NCBI RefSeq assembly: GCF_004010195.1
Contig: NC_057753.1
Span: forward strand, 14,603,236-14,647,472
From: Chiloscyllium plagiosum
Taxonomy: Eukaryota
DNA: 44,237 nucleotides
Direction: 5' to 3'
A program made the translations under genes and the position numbers. Under the pieces are notes generated by a model that worked only from the letters and a program-made list of their open reading frames with translations, ran no database searches and had not been told where the DNA came from. Below are positions 35,161-44,237 of the stretch, one piece after another (the first letter of the stretch is position 1; every line of letters begins with the position of its first letter).

Positions 35161-35223
35161 TGAATGATGGAGGTCGTACTAAGCTTATCTTTGGAGAGGG
35201 GACAAAGTTAACTGTGGAGCCAA
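35161..35223 (+). CDS. TRAJ: J segment [20 protein letters not shown]
   Basis: GGTTTTTGT 35133-35141, CGCTGTG 35154-35160; donor GTAGGT. Confidence 0.94.
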
Positions 35224-35864
35224 GTAGGTATTCAGAAACACCTCTAAAGTGCTTCTGTCTAGTAGAGGAGCTTGTGTGGGTGCGTATTTTTCTTTACTGG
35301 AAATAGCATCCAGCAAGACCACCATATGTGAAATTCATTTTCAATCTGGGACCGTTTCTGCCTTTTTGCTTTGTAGAGTACAGAATCTATAGGTCTGAGC
35401 CTGTGTGGGAATCCTTCTGTGTACCTGGATGAGGGGGGGAATGGGTCAGGACAGACCCAGGATTGAGTTAGGTAGCTAAACCTCGCGGCTCGTCAAAGCA
35501 GGAACACTGTCCAGTTGGACAGAGAGAGCTGCTCCCGAAAAGTACATGTCGCAACAGAAATTATGGTAAGGCGCTCATTAATTTCTGAGCTCCAAATCAA
35601 TGCGTGTGATTTCTCTAAATAGACAACAGTAGAAATCTCGAGGTCTGCCCTGGTCCAGGCCACACTCAAACCGCTGTGATACGACTCGAGGGAGTGACAG
35701 TTTCTGAGTGAATGAGTTTAGGAAACTGATTTGAACTGGTTAAAGCGGCATCATCAATATTGTACATAAAATGGATGCTCTCTGGTTGAAATTACATTGG
35801 GTGGTACAGGCACAGAGCAGTCACTAACTGGGAGAGGGTTTTTGTCAGGTAGTGTAGGGCTGTG

Positions 35865-35924
35865 TGAACTCTGGCATCAACAAGCTTATCTTCGGAGGTG
35901 GGACCAGACTGATAGTGGAGCCAC
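35865..35924 (+). CDS. TRAJ: J segment NSGINKLIFGGGTRLIVEP
   Basis: Nonamer 35837-35845, GGCTGTG 35858-35864; donor GTGAGT. Confidence 0.94.
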
Positions 35925-36320
35925 GTGAGTGTTGGGGATTGTCACAAAATAATGCCCACGGGCTTGTGTTGGATAGCCACCATGAGTAGGTCAGCAGAGA
36001 TAATAATTCCCCAGACCACAGATACGGTACAGCAAGGGATACCATTCTCGGGGAAACATTCCCATATCATCAGTATGGCTCACACACCAGGCGCTCTGCT
36101 CTGAGTTGGGATCAGAATTTTTATTTCAAAACAAAAAGCAGACGGGCCCTAATTCAAATCAGTGCTGGTTTAGAAAATACTTCCACAGGGTTAATGTCTG
36201 TATCACAACATTGAAGAATGGCACAGCGTGTGCCCTAAGTGGATCAATCAGAGAATAAAGCAGAGCGGTAGTGATCACGCCACCAGGGTGGGTTTTTTTG
36301 CTGAGGGGCGCAGTGCAGTG

Positions 36321-36389
36321 TGAATACTGTAGCTGTAGTTGGTGCTAAGTTCATCTTTGGAGAGGGGACAAAGTTAACCATCGAACCAA
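36321..36389 (+). CDS. TRAJ: Long J segment [22 protein letters not shown]
   Basis: TTTTTTTGC 36293-36301, TGCAGTG 36314-36320; donor GTAGGT. Confidence 0.87.
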
Positions 36390-36841
36390 GTAGGTATTCA
36401 CTCCAACTCCATACTGCCTATGTTTAGTGTGTGTGTGTGTGTGTCTGTGTATGTGTATGTGAGAGTGTGTGCATGTGTATGTGAGTGTGTGTATGTGATT
36501 GTGTGCGTGTATGTGAATGTATGCGTGTATGTGTATGTGATATTGTGTGTATGTGTATGTGAATGGGTGTGTGTGTCTGTGTATGTGAGTGTATGCATGT
36601 ATGTGTATGTGAGAGTGTGTGCATGTGTATGTGNNNNNNNNNNNNNNNNNNNNNNNNNNNNNNNNNNNNNNNNNNNNNNNNNNNNNNNNNNNNNNNNNNN
36701 NNNNNNNNNNNNNNNNNNNNNATTGTGTGTGTGTATGTGAGTGTGTGTATGTGAGTGTATGAGTGTATGTGTATGTGAGATTGTGTGCATGTGTATGTGA
36801 ATGGGTGTATGGATGTGTGTGTCTGTGTGTGTGTGTCTGTG

Positions 36842-36900
36842 TGAATATTGTGAGGGGGAAGCTAATGTTTGGAAGTTGGTGTGAATGACAGTGCAATCCA
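36842..36900 (+). pseudogene. Co-amplified J relic, copy 7 (NIVRGKLMFGSWCE*)
   Basis: KLMFGS motif, stop, donor lost; RSS replaced by (TG)n. Confidence 0.65.
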
Positions 36901-37076
36901 CTAAGTGTCGGGTTCTGAATGGACAACTTTAGGAAACTGATTGCAAATCATGAAAGCAATGTCATGAATAATGCACTTAAAATGGGTGCCATTTTTTTCA
37001 ATCGCATGGGGAGGTGTATAGACAAAAAACAGACGCAAACCTGGAGATGGTTTTTGTTAAGCAGTGTAGGGCTGTG

Positions 37077-37136
37077 TGAATACTGGCAATAGCAAGCCCG
37101 TCTTTGGAGCTGGGACCAGACTAGTAGTGGAGCCAA
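37077..37136 (+). CDS. TRAJ: J segment NTGNSKPVFGAGTRLVVEP
   Basis: Nonamer 37049-37057, GGCTGTG 37070-37076; donor GTAAGT. Confidence 0.93.
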
Positions 37137-37438
37137 GTAAGTGTTGGGGATTTTCACGGAATAATGTCCACAGGCTTATGTTGGAAAGCGATCACGAGTA
37201 GGTCAGCAGAGAAAATAAATGATATTTTAAGTCAGGAGCATGAAGATTGTGGTGATTCTGGGACATTGAGGACTGGGTTCAACCATGAGTTCTTGCGAAA
37301 GCATAAGATTCGATCGAATCTCAAATCTTTGATCCGTTGGTGCTTGGAGGTGACCTGGTTGACCAATGGGCAGCCAATGCACCTCAAAACGATTGAACTG
37401 TATATGTGCATTGTGTAATCTCCATACATGCTGCTCAG

Positions 37439-37773
37439 AGAGGGACAGTGGCTCAGTGGCTAGCACGGCTGCCTCACAGTGCCAGGGACCTGGGTTCAAT
37501 TCCCACCTCAGGCGACTGTCTATGTGGAGTTTGTGCATTCTCCCCATGTCTGCGTGAGTTTATTCTGGGTGGTCCAGTTCCCTCCCACAATCCAAAGATG
37601 TGCAGGTCAGACAAATTGGCCGTGCTAAATTGCCCATAGTGTTAGATGCATTAGTCAGGAGTAAACATAGGCTAGGGGAATGGGCCTGAGTGGGTTGCTC
37701 CCTGGAGGTCCAGTGTGGATTTGTTGGGCTGAAGGGCCTGTTTCCATATGGTAGGGATTCTAAGCTAAGCTAA
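37439..37773 (+). mobile_element. HE1-like tRNA-derived SINE
   Basis: A box TGGCTCAGTGG, B box GGTTCAATTCC, body homologous to 27654, tail GAAGGGCCTGTTTCC...(CTAAG)n. Confidence 0.88.
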
Positions 37774-37948
37774 TGTCCACCATCCTTACCCTGTCTGGCC
37801 TATGTGTGGCTCGAGAGTGTACTTGTGTTCAATGGGTCAGTGTTAGATCATCACGATGTAATACACACACACACACACACACACGTTCTGACAGTAACTA
37901 ACACAGGGAATTTCTTCCAGTCTGGGTCAGAACTTTTAAGGATGTGTG

Positions 37949-38005
37949 TGAATAGTGAGAGGGAAGCTAATGTTTGGAAGTTGATGTGAATGAGAGTGGA
38001 ATCCA
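37949..38005 (+). pseudogene. Co-amplified J relic, copy 8 (NSERGKLMFGS-like, frameshifted)
   Basis: Homologous to 36842. Confidence 0.62.
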
Positions 38006-38102
38006 CTGAGTGTTGGGTTCTGAATGGACAACTTTAGGAAACTGATTGCAATTCATGAAAGCAATGTCATGAGTAATGCACTTAAAACCTTTGGGGGGGG
38101 GG

Positions 38103-38161
38103 TGAATTTGAAATGGGGAAGATAATGTTTGGATGTGGGACTCAATTAGAGGTGGAAGCCA
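38103..38161 (+). pseudogene. TRAJ: J relic FEMGKIMFGCGTQLEVEA
   Basis: Open FGCGT..EVEA frame; no RSS (G-run upstream); donor GGAAAT. Confidence 0.7.
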
Positions 38162-38204
38162 GGAAATGCTATTGCCCTGGCCTGGTCACACAGCATTGAG
38201 GAAG

Positions 38205-38770
38205 GAACTGGGACATATTGTTGCAGCTGTACAAACATTGGTGAGGCCACATTTGGAGTACTGCATGCAGTTCTGGTCATCCTACTACTGAAAGGATACA
38301 ATTGAACTATAAGGAGTGCAGAAAAGATTTACTTGGCCTGGAACATTCGAGAAGTTGGATAGGCTGGGAGATTTTTCTTTTTCCCTGGAGTGTCAGAGAC
38401 TTGGGGGTTACCTTATAGAGGCATAAGAGGCATAGATAACGTAGATGGCGAACATCTTTGCCTCGCGATAAGGGAGTCTAAAACCAGAGGGCATAGGTTA
38501 AGGTGAGAGAGGAGAGATACACATGAATCCAGAGGGGCAAGTTTTCTTGGGTGGTGAGTGTCTGCAGTGGGCTACCAGAGAGAGGGGCGGAAGCAAATAC
38601 AATTTTGTGATCAACGAAACACTCAGGCAGGGGCATGGATGGGATAGAAATGGAGCGATATGGGCCCACACGCAAGGAAATGGGACGGGTTTAATTGTGC
38701 AAATTGGGTGTCAGGGACGAGTTGGGCCAAAGGGCATGTTTCCATGCTGTTGGCGTCTAAAACTCCATGT
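38205..38770 (+). mobile_element. CR1-like LINE 3' fragment
   Basis: LQLYK/LVRPHLEYCMQFWSSYY..KD..VQKRFT remnant; tail GGGCCAAAGGGCATGTTTCCATGCTGT. Confidence 0.85.
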
Positions 38771-38917
38771 TAGAAAACCAACTGAGACAAACGACAGCAA
38801 CATCATAAATAATGGATGTAAGATGGGGGCCTGTCCACTTTCACGTTGCACTGGATATACAGACAAAGAACAGTCACTAACTGGGAGAGGGTTTTTGTCA
38901 GGAAGCGTAGGGCTGTG

Positions 38918-38974
38918 TGAATAATGACTTGAAGCTTATCTTTGGCGGTGGGACCAGACTGATAGTGGAGCCAA
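38918..38974 (+). CDS. TRAJ: J segment NNDLKLIFGGGTRLIVEP
   Basis: Nonamer 38890-38898, GGCTGTG 38911-38917; donor GTAAGT. Confidence 0.94.
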
Positions 38975-39340
38975 GTAAGTGTTGGGGATTGTCACAGAAT
39001 AATGTCCATGGGCTTGTGTTGGATAGTGACCACGGGTAGGTCAGCAGAGATAATAATTCCACAGACCACAGATACGGTACAGCAAGGAATACCGTACTCA
39101 GGGTAACATGCCCAGATTATCGGTGGGGCTGACCCACCAGGTGCTCTGCTCTGAGTTTGGATCAGGCAAACATTTATTTAAAAAGAAAGATCAGCCCTAA
39201 TTCATATCAGCGCTGGTTCAGAAAATACTTCCACAGGGTTAGTGTCTGTACCACAGCATTGCATGTGTACCCACCAGAGAATAAAGATGGTAATGATCAC
39301 TCCATTGGGGTGGGTTTTTGCTGAGGGGCGCAATGCTGTG

Positions 39341-39403
39341 TGAATACTGGAGCTATTACTAAGCTGGTCTTTGGAGAGGGGACAAAGTTAACTGTGGAAC
39401 CAA
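39341..39403 (+). CDS. TRAJ: J segment [20 protein letters not shown]
   Basis: Nonamer 39313-39321, TGCTGTG 39334-39340; donor GTAGGT. Confidence 0.93.
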
Positions 39404-39442
39404 GTAGGTTTTCAGAAACACCTCAACACAGCTTACTTCCAT

Positions 39443-39481
<39 letters not shown>

Positions 39482-40359
39482 GTGTGTGTATGTGTGTGTG
39501 TGCGCATGCGTGTGTGTGTCTGTGTGTGTGTATCTGTGTGTGAGAGTGTGTGTGTGCATGCGTGTGCGTCTGTGCGTGTGTATATGTGTGTGTGTGAGAG
39601 AGTGTGTGTGTATGTATGTGAGTGTGTGTGAGAGAGTGTGTGTGTGTATGTATGTGTGTGTGTATGTGTGTGTGTCTGTGTGTGAGAGAGAGAGAGAGTG
39701 TGTGTGCATGCGTGTGCGTGTCTGTGTGTGTGTGCATGTGTGTGCCTGTCTATCTGTCTCTGTCTGTCTGTCTCTGTCTGTCTGCCTCTGTCTGTGTGTG
39801 TCTGTGTCTGTGTTTTCGTTCTATAATGCATCCAATGAAACCTCCTCATGTGAAGTTCGTCTTTAACAACAGACAGTCTCTGTCACTGCTTTACAGAGTG
39901 TGGATCCAATGCCTGAGGTGATTAGCCTGTGTGGATTGGAAATGGAAATCTTCTTTAGAACCTGGATGAAGGGGATTAAGTTCAGAATAAACCCAGGGTA
40001 GATTCAGTTAGAGAGGCCAGGAGGCTCCACGAAGCAGAAACACTGTCCAGTTGGACAGAGATAGCTGTTTCCACAGAGAACATTATTTCAGTAGATATCA
40101 TTGTGAGGTTCTTGCTAATTCCTGAGCAGCGAGTCAATGCGTGTTATTTCTGTAAATATAAATTTGTGTGTCCCAGGTCATCACTTGCCCAGGTCACACC
40201 GAGATATGATCTATTTATGTGGTTAGGTGGAAAGGGAGGACCCGAGAGTGAGACAGCCTGTGTCAAAAGCATTGGCTCTACCTTAGATGAAAGCAGTAAA
40301 TGTCACATAATATGAACTGACTGTGGGTCAGTTTGGGTCAGACTGTTTAAGGGTGTGTG

Positions 40360-40419
40360 TGAATATTTTGAGAGCTAAGCTAATTTGTGGAATTGGGTCG
40401 GGACTGAGAATGGAATCCA
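40360..40419 (+). pseudogene. Co-amplified J relic, copy 9 (NILRAKLICGIGSGLRMES)
   Basis: Open frame with CGIG motif; donor GCGAGT; decayed RSS. Confidence 0.68.
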
Positions 40420-40579
40420 GCGAGTGTTGGGTTCTGAATGGAAAACTCAGCAAACTCATTCCAGCTGGTGTGACCAATATCATGAGTACAGTCCGTGAAA
40501 TGGTTGATACCACTGGTGGTACCGACAAAGAAAGATCACTAACGCGGGGATGGTTTTTGTCAGGAAGTGTAGGGCTGTG

Positions 40580-40639
40580 TGAATACTGGCTACGAAAAGC
40601 TTATCTTTGGAGGTGGGACCAGACTGATAGTGGAACCAA
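40580..40639 (+). CDS. TRAJ: J segment NTGYEKLIFGGGTRLIVEP
   Basis: Nonamer 40552-40560, GGCTGTG 40573-40579; donor GTAAGT. Confidence 0.94.
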
Positions 40640-41007
40640 GTAAGTCTGGGGCAATTTCATGGAATAATGTCCATGGGCTTGGGTTGGAGAGTGATCACGG
40701 GTAGGTCAGCAGAGATAATAATTCCCCAGACCACAGATACAGCACAGCAAGGATACCATTCTCGGGGCAACATCCCCACACTATCGGTGGGACTGACACA
40801 TCAGGAGCTCTGCTCTGAGTGGGGATCAGGAGCATTTTTAATAAACAAAAAAGTAGATAGTCCCTGATTCACATCAGCACTGGTTAAAAAATATTTCTAC
40901 AAGGTTAGTGTCTGGATCACCACAGTGAAAAATGGCACAGACTGTGCCCCAAGATGGTCATGATCACTCCAATGGGGTGGGTTTTTGCCAAGGGGGGCAG
41001 TACTGTG

Positions 41008-41064
41008 TGAATGCTGGAGGAAAGCTTATTTTTGGAGATGGGACAAAGTTAACCGTGGTGCCAA
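41008..41064 (+). CDS. TRAJ: J segment NAGGKLIFGDGTKLTVVP
   Basis: Nonamer 40980-40988, TACTGTG 41001-41007; donor GTAGGT. Confidence 0.93.
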
Positions 41065-41738
41065 GTAGGTATTCAGAAACACCTCTATACTGTTGATGTC
41101 TATTATACGAGCGTCTTGTGTGTATAATTTCCTCTTTGTAAAGCATCCACTGAGATCTCCACAGATGAAATTCATCTTGAATATCAAGCGTTTCCTGCCC
41201 CTTTGCTTCATAGAGTATAGAGGAGAAAGTGAGGACTGCAGGTGCTGGAGTATAGACCCTACAGTGTCTGAGGCGATTAGTGTGTGTGGATTGAAATGAG
41301 GATTGCCTGGAGTTCATGGATGAAGGGGAATGGTTCAGGGGGAAACGCAGGATAGAATCAGAGAGCATAGGCAAGTGAGCTATCAAAGCAGTATCACTAT
41401 CTAGTTTGAAAGAGCAAGTTGCTTCCACCGGGATGATTTCAATAGACATTATCTTGATCTTCTCATTAATTCCTGAGTGCCAAGTTGATGTGTGTGAGTT
41501 CTGTCAATATGAACTGATGCCTGGACATCTCTGAGTATCCCAGGTCCACACTTGTCCAGGTCACACTCAACACACTGAGATATGATTCATTAACCTGGCA
41601 CTTTGATAGATTGGGGCCAGAGAGGGAGAGTGTGAGGAGTGTCTCTCTGCGTTCAATGGAGGGACGGCTACCTTAGATTGTTAACAGCAAATCTCACAGA
41701 CTAATAACCGACTCTCGGAGTTTGGGTCACATGGTGTG

Positions 41739-41798
41739 TGAATATTGCGAAAGGGAAGGTAATTTTTGGAAGTCAGTCATGATTGAGGCTGGAGCACA
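41739..41798 (+). pseudogene. Co-amplified J relic, copy 10 (NIAKGKVIFGSQS*LRLEH)
   Basis: FG motif, stop, donor GTGAGT. Confidence 0.68.
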
Positions 41799-41974
41799 GT
41801 GAGTGTTGGGTTCTGAGTGGACGACTTCAGGAAACTGACTCCAACTCACGAAAATTGACTCTCATGAGTAACGTACATAACATGTGTGTCGTTTCATCCA
41901 AATGTTATTGGTGGGAGAGGGAAATAACAGTCGCTAACTGGGAGAGGGTTTTTGTCAGGAAGTGTAGGGCTGTG

Positions 41975-42034
41975 TGAAATATAGCAGCGACAAGCTTATC
42001 TTCGGAGGTGGGACCAGACTGATTGTGGAGCCAA
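41975..42034 (+). CDS. TRAJ: J segment KYSSDKLIFGGGTRLIVEP
   Basis: Nonamer 41947-41955, GGCTGTG 41968-41974; donor GTAAGT. Confidence 0.94.
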
Positions 42035-42425
42035 GTAAGTGTTGGGGATTTTCACAGAATAATGTCCATGGGCTTGTGTTGGATAGTGACCACGAGTAGG
42101 TCAGCAGAGATAATAATTTCCCATACCACAGACACAGTATAACAAGGGAAGCCATACTCAGGATAACATCCCCGGATTATCGGTGGGACTGACACATCAG
42201 GCGCTCTGCTCTGAGTCGGGACCAGGATAAATTTTAATAAATAAAAAAGTAGATAGTCCCTGATTCACATCAGCGCTGGTCAAGAAAATACTTCCACAAG
42301 GTTAGTGTCTGGATCACCACACTGAAGAATGGCGCAGAGTGGGCCCCAAGAGTACCCGCCCGAGAATAAAGATGGTAATGATCACTCCAATGGGGTGGGT
42401 TTTTGCTGTGGGGCGCAGTGCTGTG

Positions 42426-42491
42426 TGAATGTTGGAGTTGCTGGAGGAAAGCGTATCTTTGGAGAGGGGACAGAGTTAACCGTGGTGCCAA
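42426..42491 (+). CDS. TRAJ: J segment NVGVAGGKRIFGEGTELTVVP
   Basis: Nonamer 42398-42406, TGCTGTG 42419-42425; donor GTAGGT. Confidence 0.92.
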
Positions 42492-43157
42492 GTAGGTATT
42501 CAGAAACACCTCCAAACAGCTTACATCCATTATTTAACTGTGTGGGTCTGTGTGTGTGTGTGTGTCTGTGTGTGTGTGTGTGTGTGCGTGTGTGTCTGTG
42601 TGCGTCTGTGCTTTCGTTCTACAATGCATCCAATGAAACCTCCTCATGTGAAGTTCGTCTTTAACAACAGACAGTCTCTGTCACTGCTTTACAGAGTGTG
42701 AGTTCAATGTCTGAGGTGATTAGCCTGTGTGGATTGGAAATGGAAATCTTCTTTAGAACCTGGATGAAGGGGGTTAAGTTCAGAATAAACCCAGGATAGA
42801 TTTAGTTCGAGAGGCTAGGAGGATCCACGAAGCAGAAACACTGTCCAGTTGGACAGAGATAGCTGTTTCCACAGAGAACATTATTTAAGTAGATATCATT
42901 GTGAGGTTCTTGTAAATTCCTGAGCAGTGAGTCAATGCGTGTTATTTCTGTAAATATAAATTTGTGTGTCCCAGGTCATCACTTGTCCAGGTCACACTGA
43001 GATATGATCTATTTATGTGGTTAGGTGGATAGGAAGGACCCGAGAGTGAGACAGCCTGTGTCAAAAGCATTGGCTCTACCTTAGATGAAAGCAGTAAATG
43101 TCACATAATATGAACTGACTGTGGGTCAATTTGGGTCAGACTGCTTAAGGGTGTGTG

Positions 43158-43217
43158 TGAATATTTTGAGAGCTAAGCTAATTTGTGGAATTGGGTCGGG
43201 ACTGAGAATGGAATCCA
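43158..43217 (+). pseudogene. Co-amplified J relic, copy 11 (NILRAKLICGIGSGLRMES)
   Basis: Open frame, donor GTGAGT intact, heptamer-position GTGTGTG, no proper nonamer. Confidence 0.68.
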
Positions 43218-43377
43218 GTGAGTGTTGGGTTCTCAATGGAAAACTCAGCAAACTCATTCCAGCTGGTGTGACCAATATCATGAGTACAGTCCGTGAAATG
43301 GTTGATACCACTGGTGGTACCGACAAAGAAAGATCACTAACGCGGGGATGGTTTTTGTCAGGAAGTGTAGGGCTGTG

Positions 43378-43437
43378 TGAATACTGACTACGAAAAGCGT
43401 ATCTTTGGAGGTGGGACCAGACTGATAGTGGAACCAA
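43378..43437 (+). CDS. TRAJ: J segment NTDYEKRIFGGGTRLIVEP
   Basis: Nonamer 43350-43358, GGCTGTG 43371-43377; donor GTAAGT. Confidence 0.93.
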
Positions 43438-43807
43438 GTAAGTCTGGGGCAATTTCACGGAATAATGTCCATGGGCTTGGGTTGGAGAGCGATCACGGGT
43501 AGGTCAGCAGAGATAATAATTCCCCAGACCACAGATACAGCACAGCAAGGAATACCATTCTCGGGGCAACATCCCCACACTATCGGTGGGACTGACACAT
43601 CAGGAGCTCTGCTCTGAGTGGGGATCAGGAGCATTTTTAATAAACAAAAAAGTAGATAGTCCCTGATTCACATCAGCACTGGTTAAAAAATATTTCTACA
43701 AGGTTAGTGTCTGGATCACCACAGTGAAAAAATGGCACAGACTGTGCCCCAAGATGGTAATGATCACTCCAATGGGGTGGGTTTTTGCTAAGGGGGGCAG
43801 TACTGTG

Positions 43808-43873
43808 TGAATGCTGGAGGTGCTGGAGGAAAGCTTATTTTTGGAGAGGGGACAAAGTTAACCGTGGTGCCAA
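43808..43873 (+). CDS. TRAJ: J segment [21 protein letters not shown]
   Basis: Nonamer 43780-43788, TACTGTG 43801-43807; donor GTAGGT. Confidence 0.93.
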
Positions 43874-44237
43874 GTAGGTATTCAAAAACAACTCTATACT
43901 GTTGATGTCTATTAAACGAGCGTCTTGTGTGTATAATTTCCTCTTTGTAAAGCATCCACTGAGATCTCCACAGATGAAATTCATGTTGAATATCAAGCGT
44001 TTCCTGCCCCTTTGCTTTATAGAGTATAGAGGAGAAAGTGAGGACTGCAGATGCTGGAGTATAGACCCTACAGTGTCTGAGGCGATTAGTCTGTGTGGAT
44101 TGAAATGAGGATTGCCTGGAGTTCATGGATGAAGGGGAATGGTTCAGGGGGAAACGCAGGATAGAATCGGAGAGCTCAGGCAAGTGAGTTATCAAAGCAG
44201 TATCACTATCTAGTTTGAAAGAGCAAGTTGCTTCCAC

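Larger units (their letters stand above)
711..43873 (+). other. TRAJ: T-cell receptor alpha J-segment (TRAJ) array, continuing beyond the window
   Basis: About 60 co-oriented units of 12-RSS + FGxG exon + GT donor. No D, V or C seen. Large number and 12-bp spacers fit TRA rather than TRB, TRG or Ig. Confidence 0.93.

Noticed and set aside
37230..37435. Unique sequence with short ORFs before the SINE
   Set aside because: No recognisable motif or splice structure; needs a database search.
711..43873. Alternative identities: IgH, IgL, TRB, TRD or TRG J cluster
   Set aside because: No WGxG motif, no 23-bp spacers, no D segments and no interspersed C exons; a J count this high is typical of TRA.

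Overview
This is vertebrate genomic DNA. It holds part of a T-cell receptor alpha joining (TRAJ) array, most likely from a shark (inferred from HE1-like SINEs, shark-type CR1 3' ends and a palindromic repeat family). By eye I find about 62 J or J-like segments, all on the + strand. Each follows the pattern nonamer (GGTTTTTGY-like), 12-bp spacer, heptamer (nnCTGTG), a ~57-69 nt exon encoding FGxGT..V.P, then a phase-1 GT donor. About 46 look intact, 3 have variant FGxG motifs, 10 are defective and 3 are relics. A further family of 11 long-dead J copies was co-amplified inside the duplication units. No V, D or C exon is visible. The first ~16 kb carries diverse J segments; 16-44 kb is a recent nested tandem amplification of a few J modules. 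A notable extra is a 185-250 bp palindromic insertion family with target-site duplications, filled and empty sites, and a minimal hammerhead-ribozyme-like core of the Penelope-associated type. The long ORFs in the supplied track are mostly microsatellite artefacts. Coordinates were counted by hand; no database search was possible.
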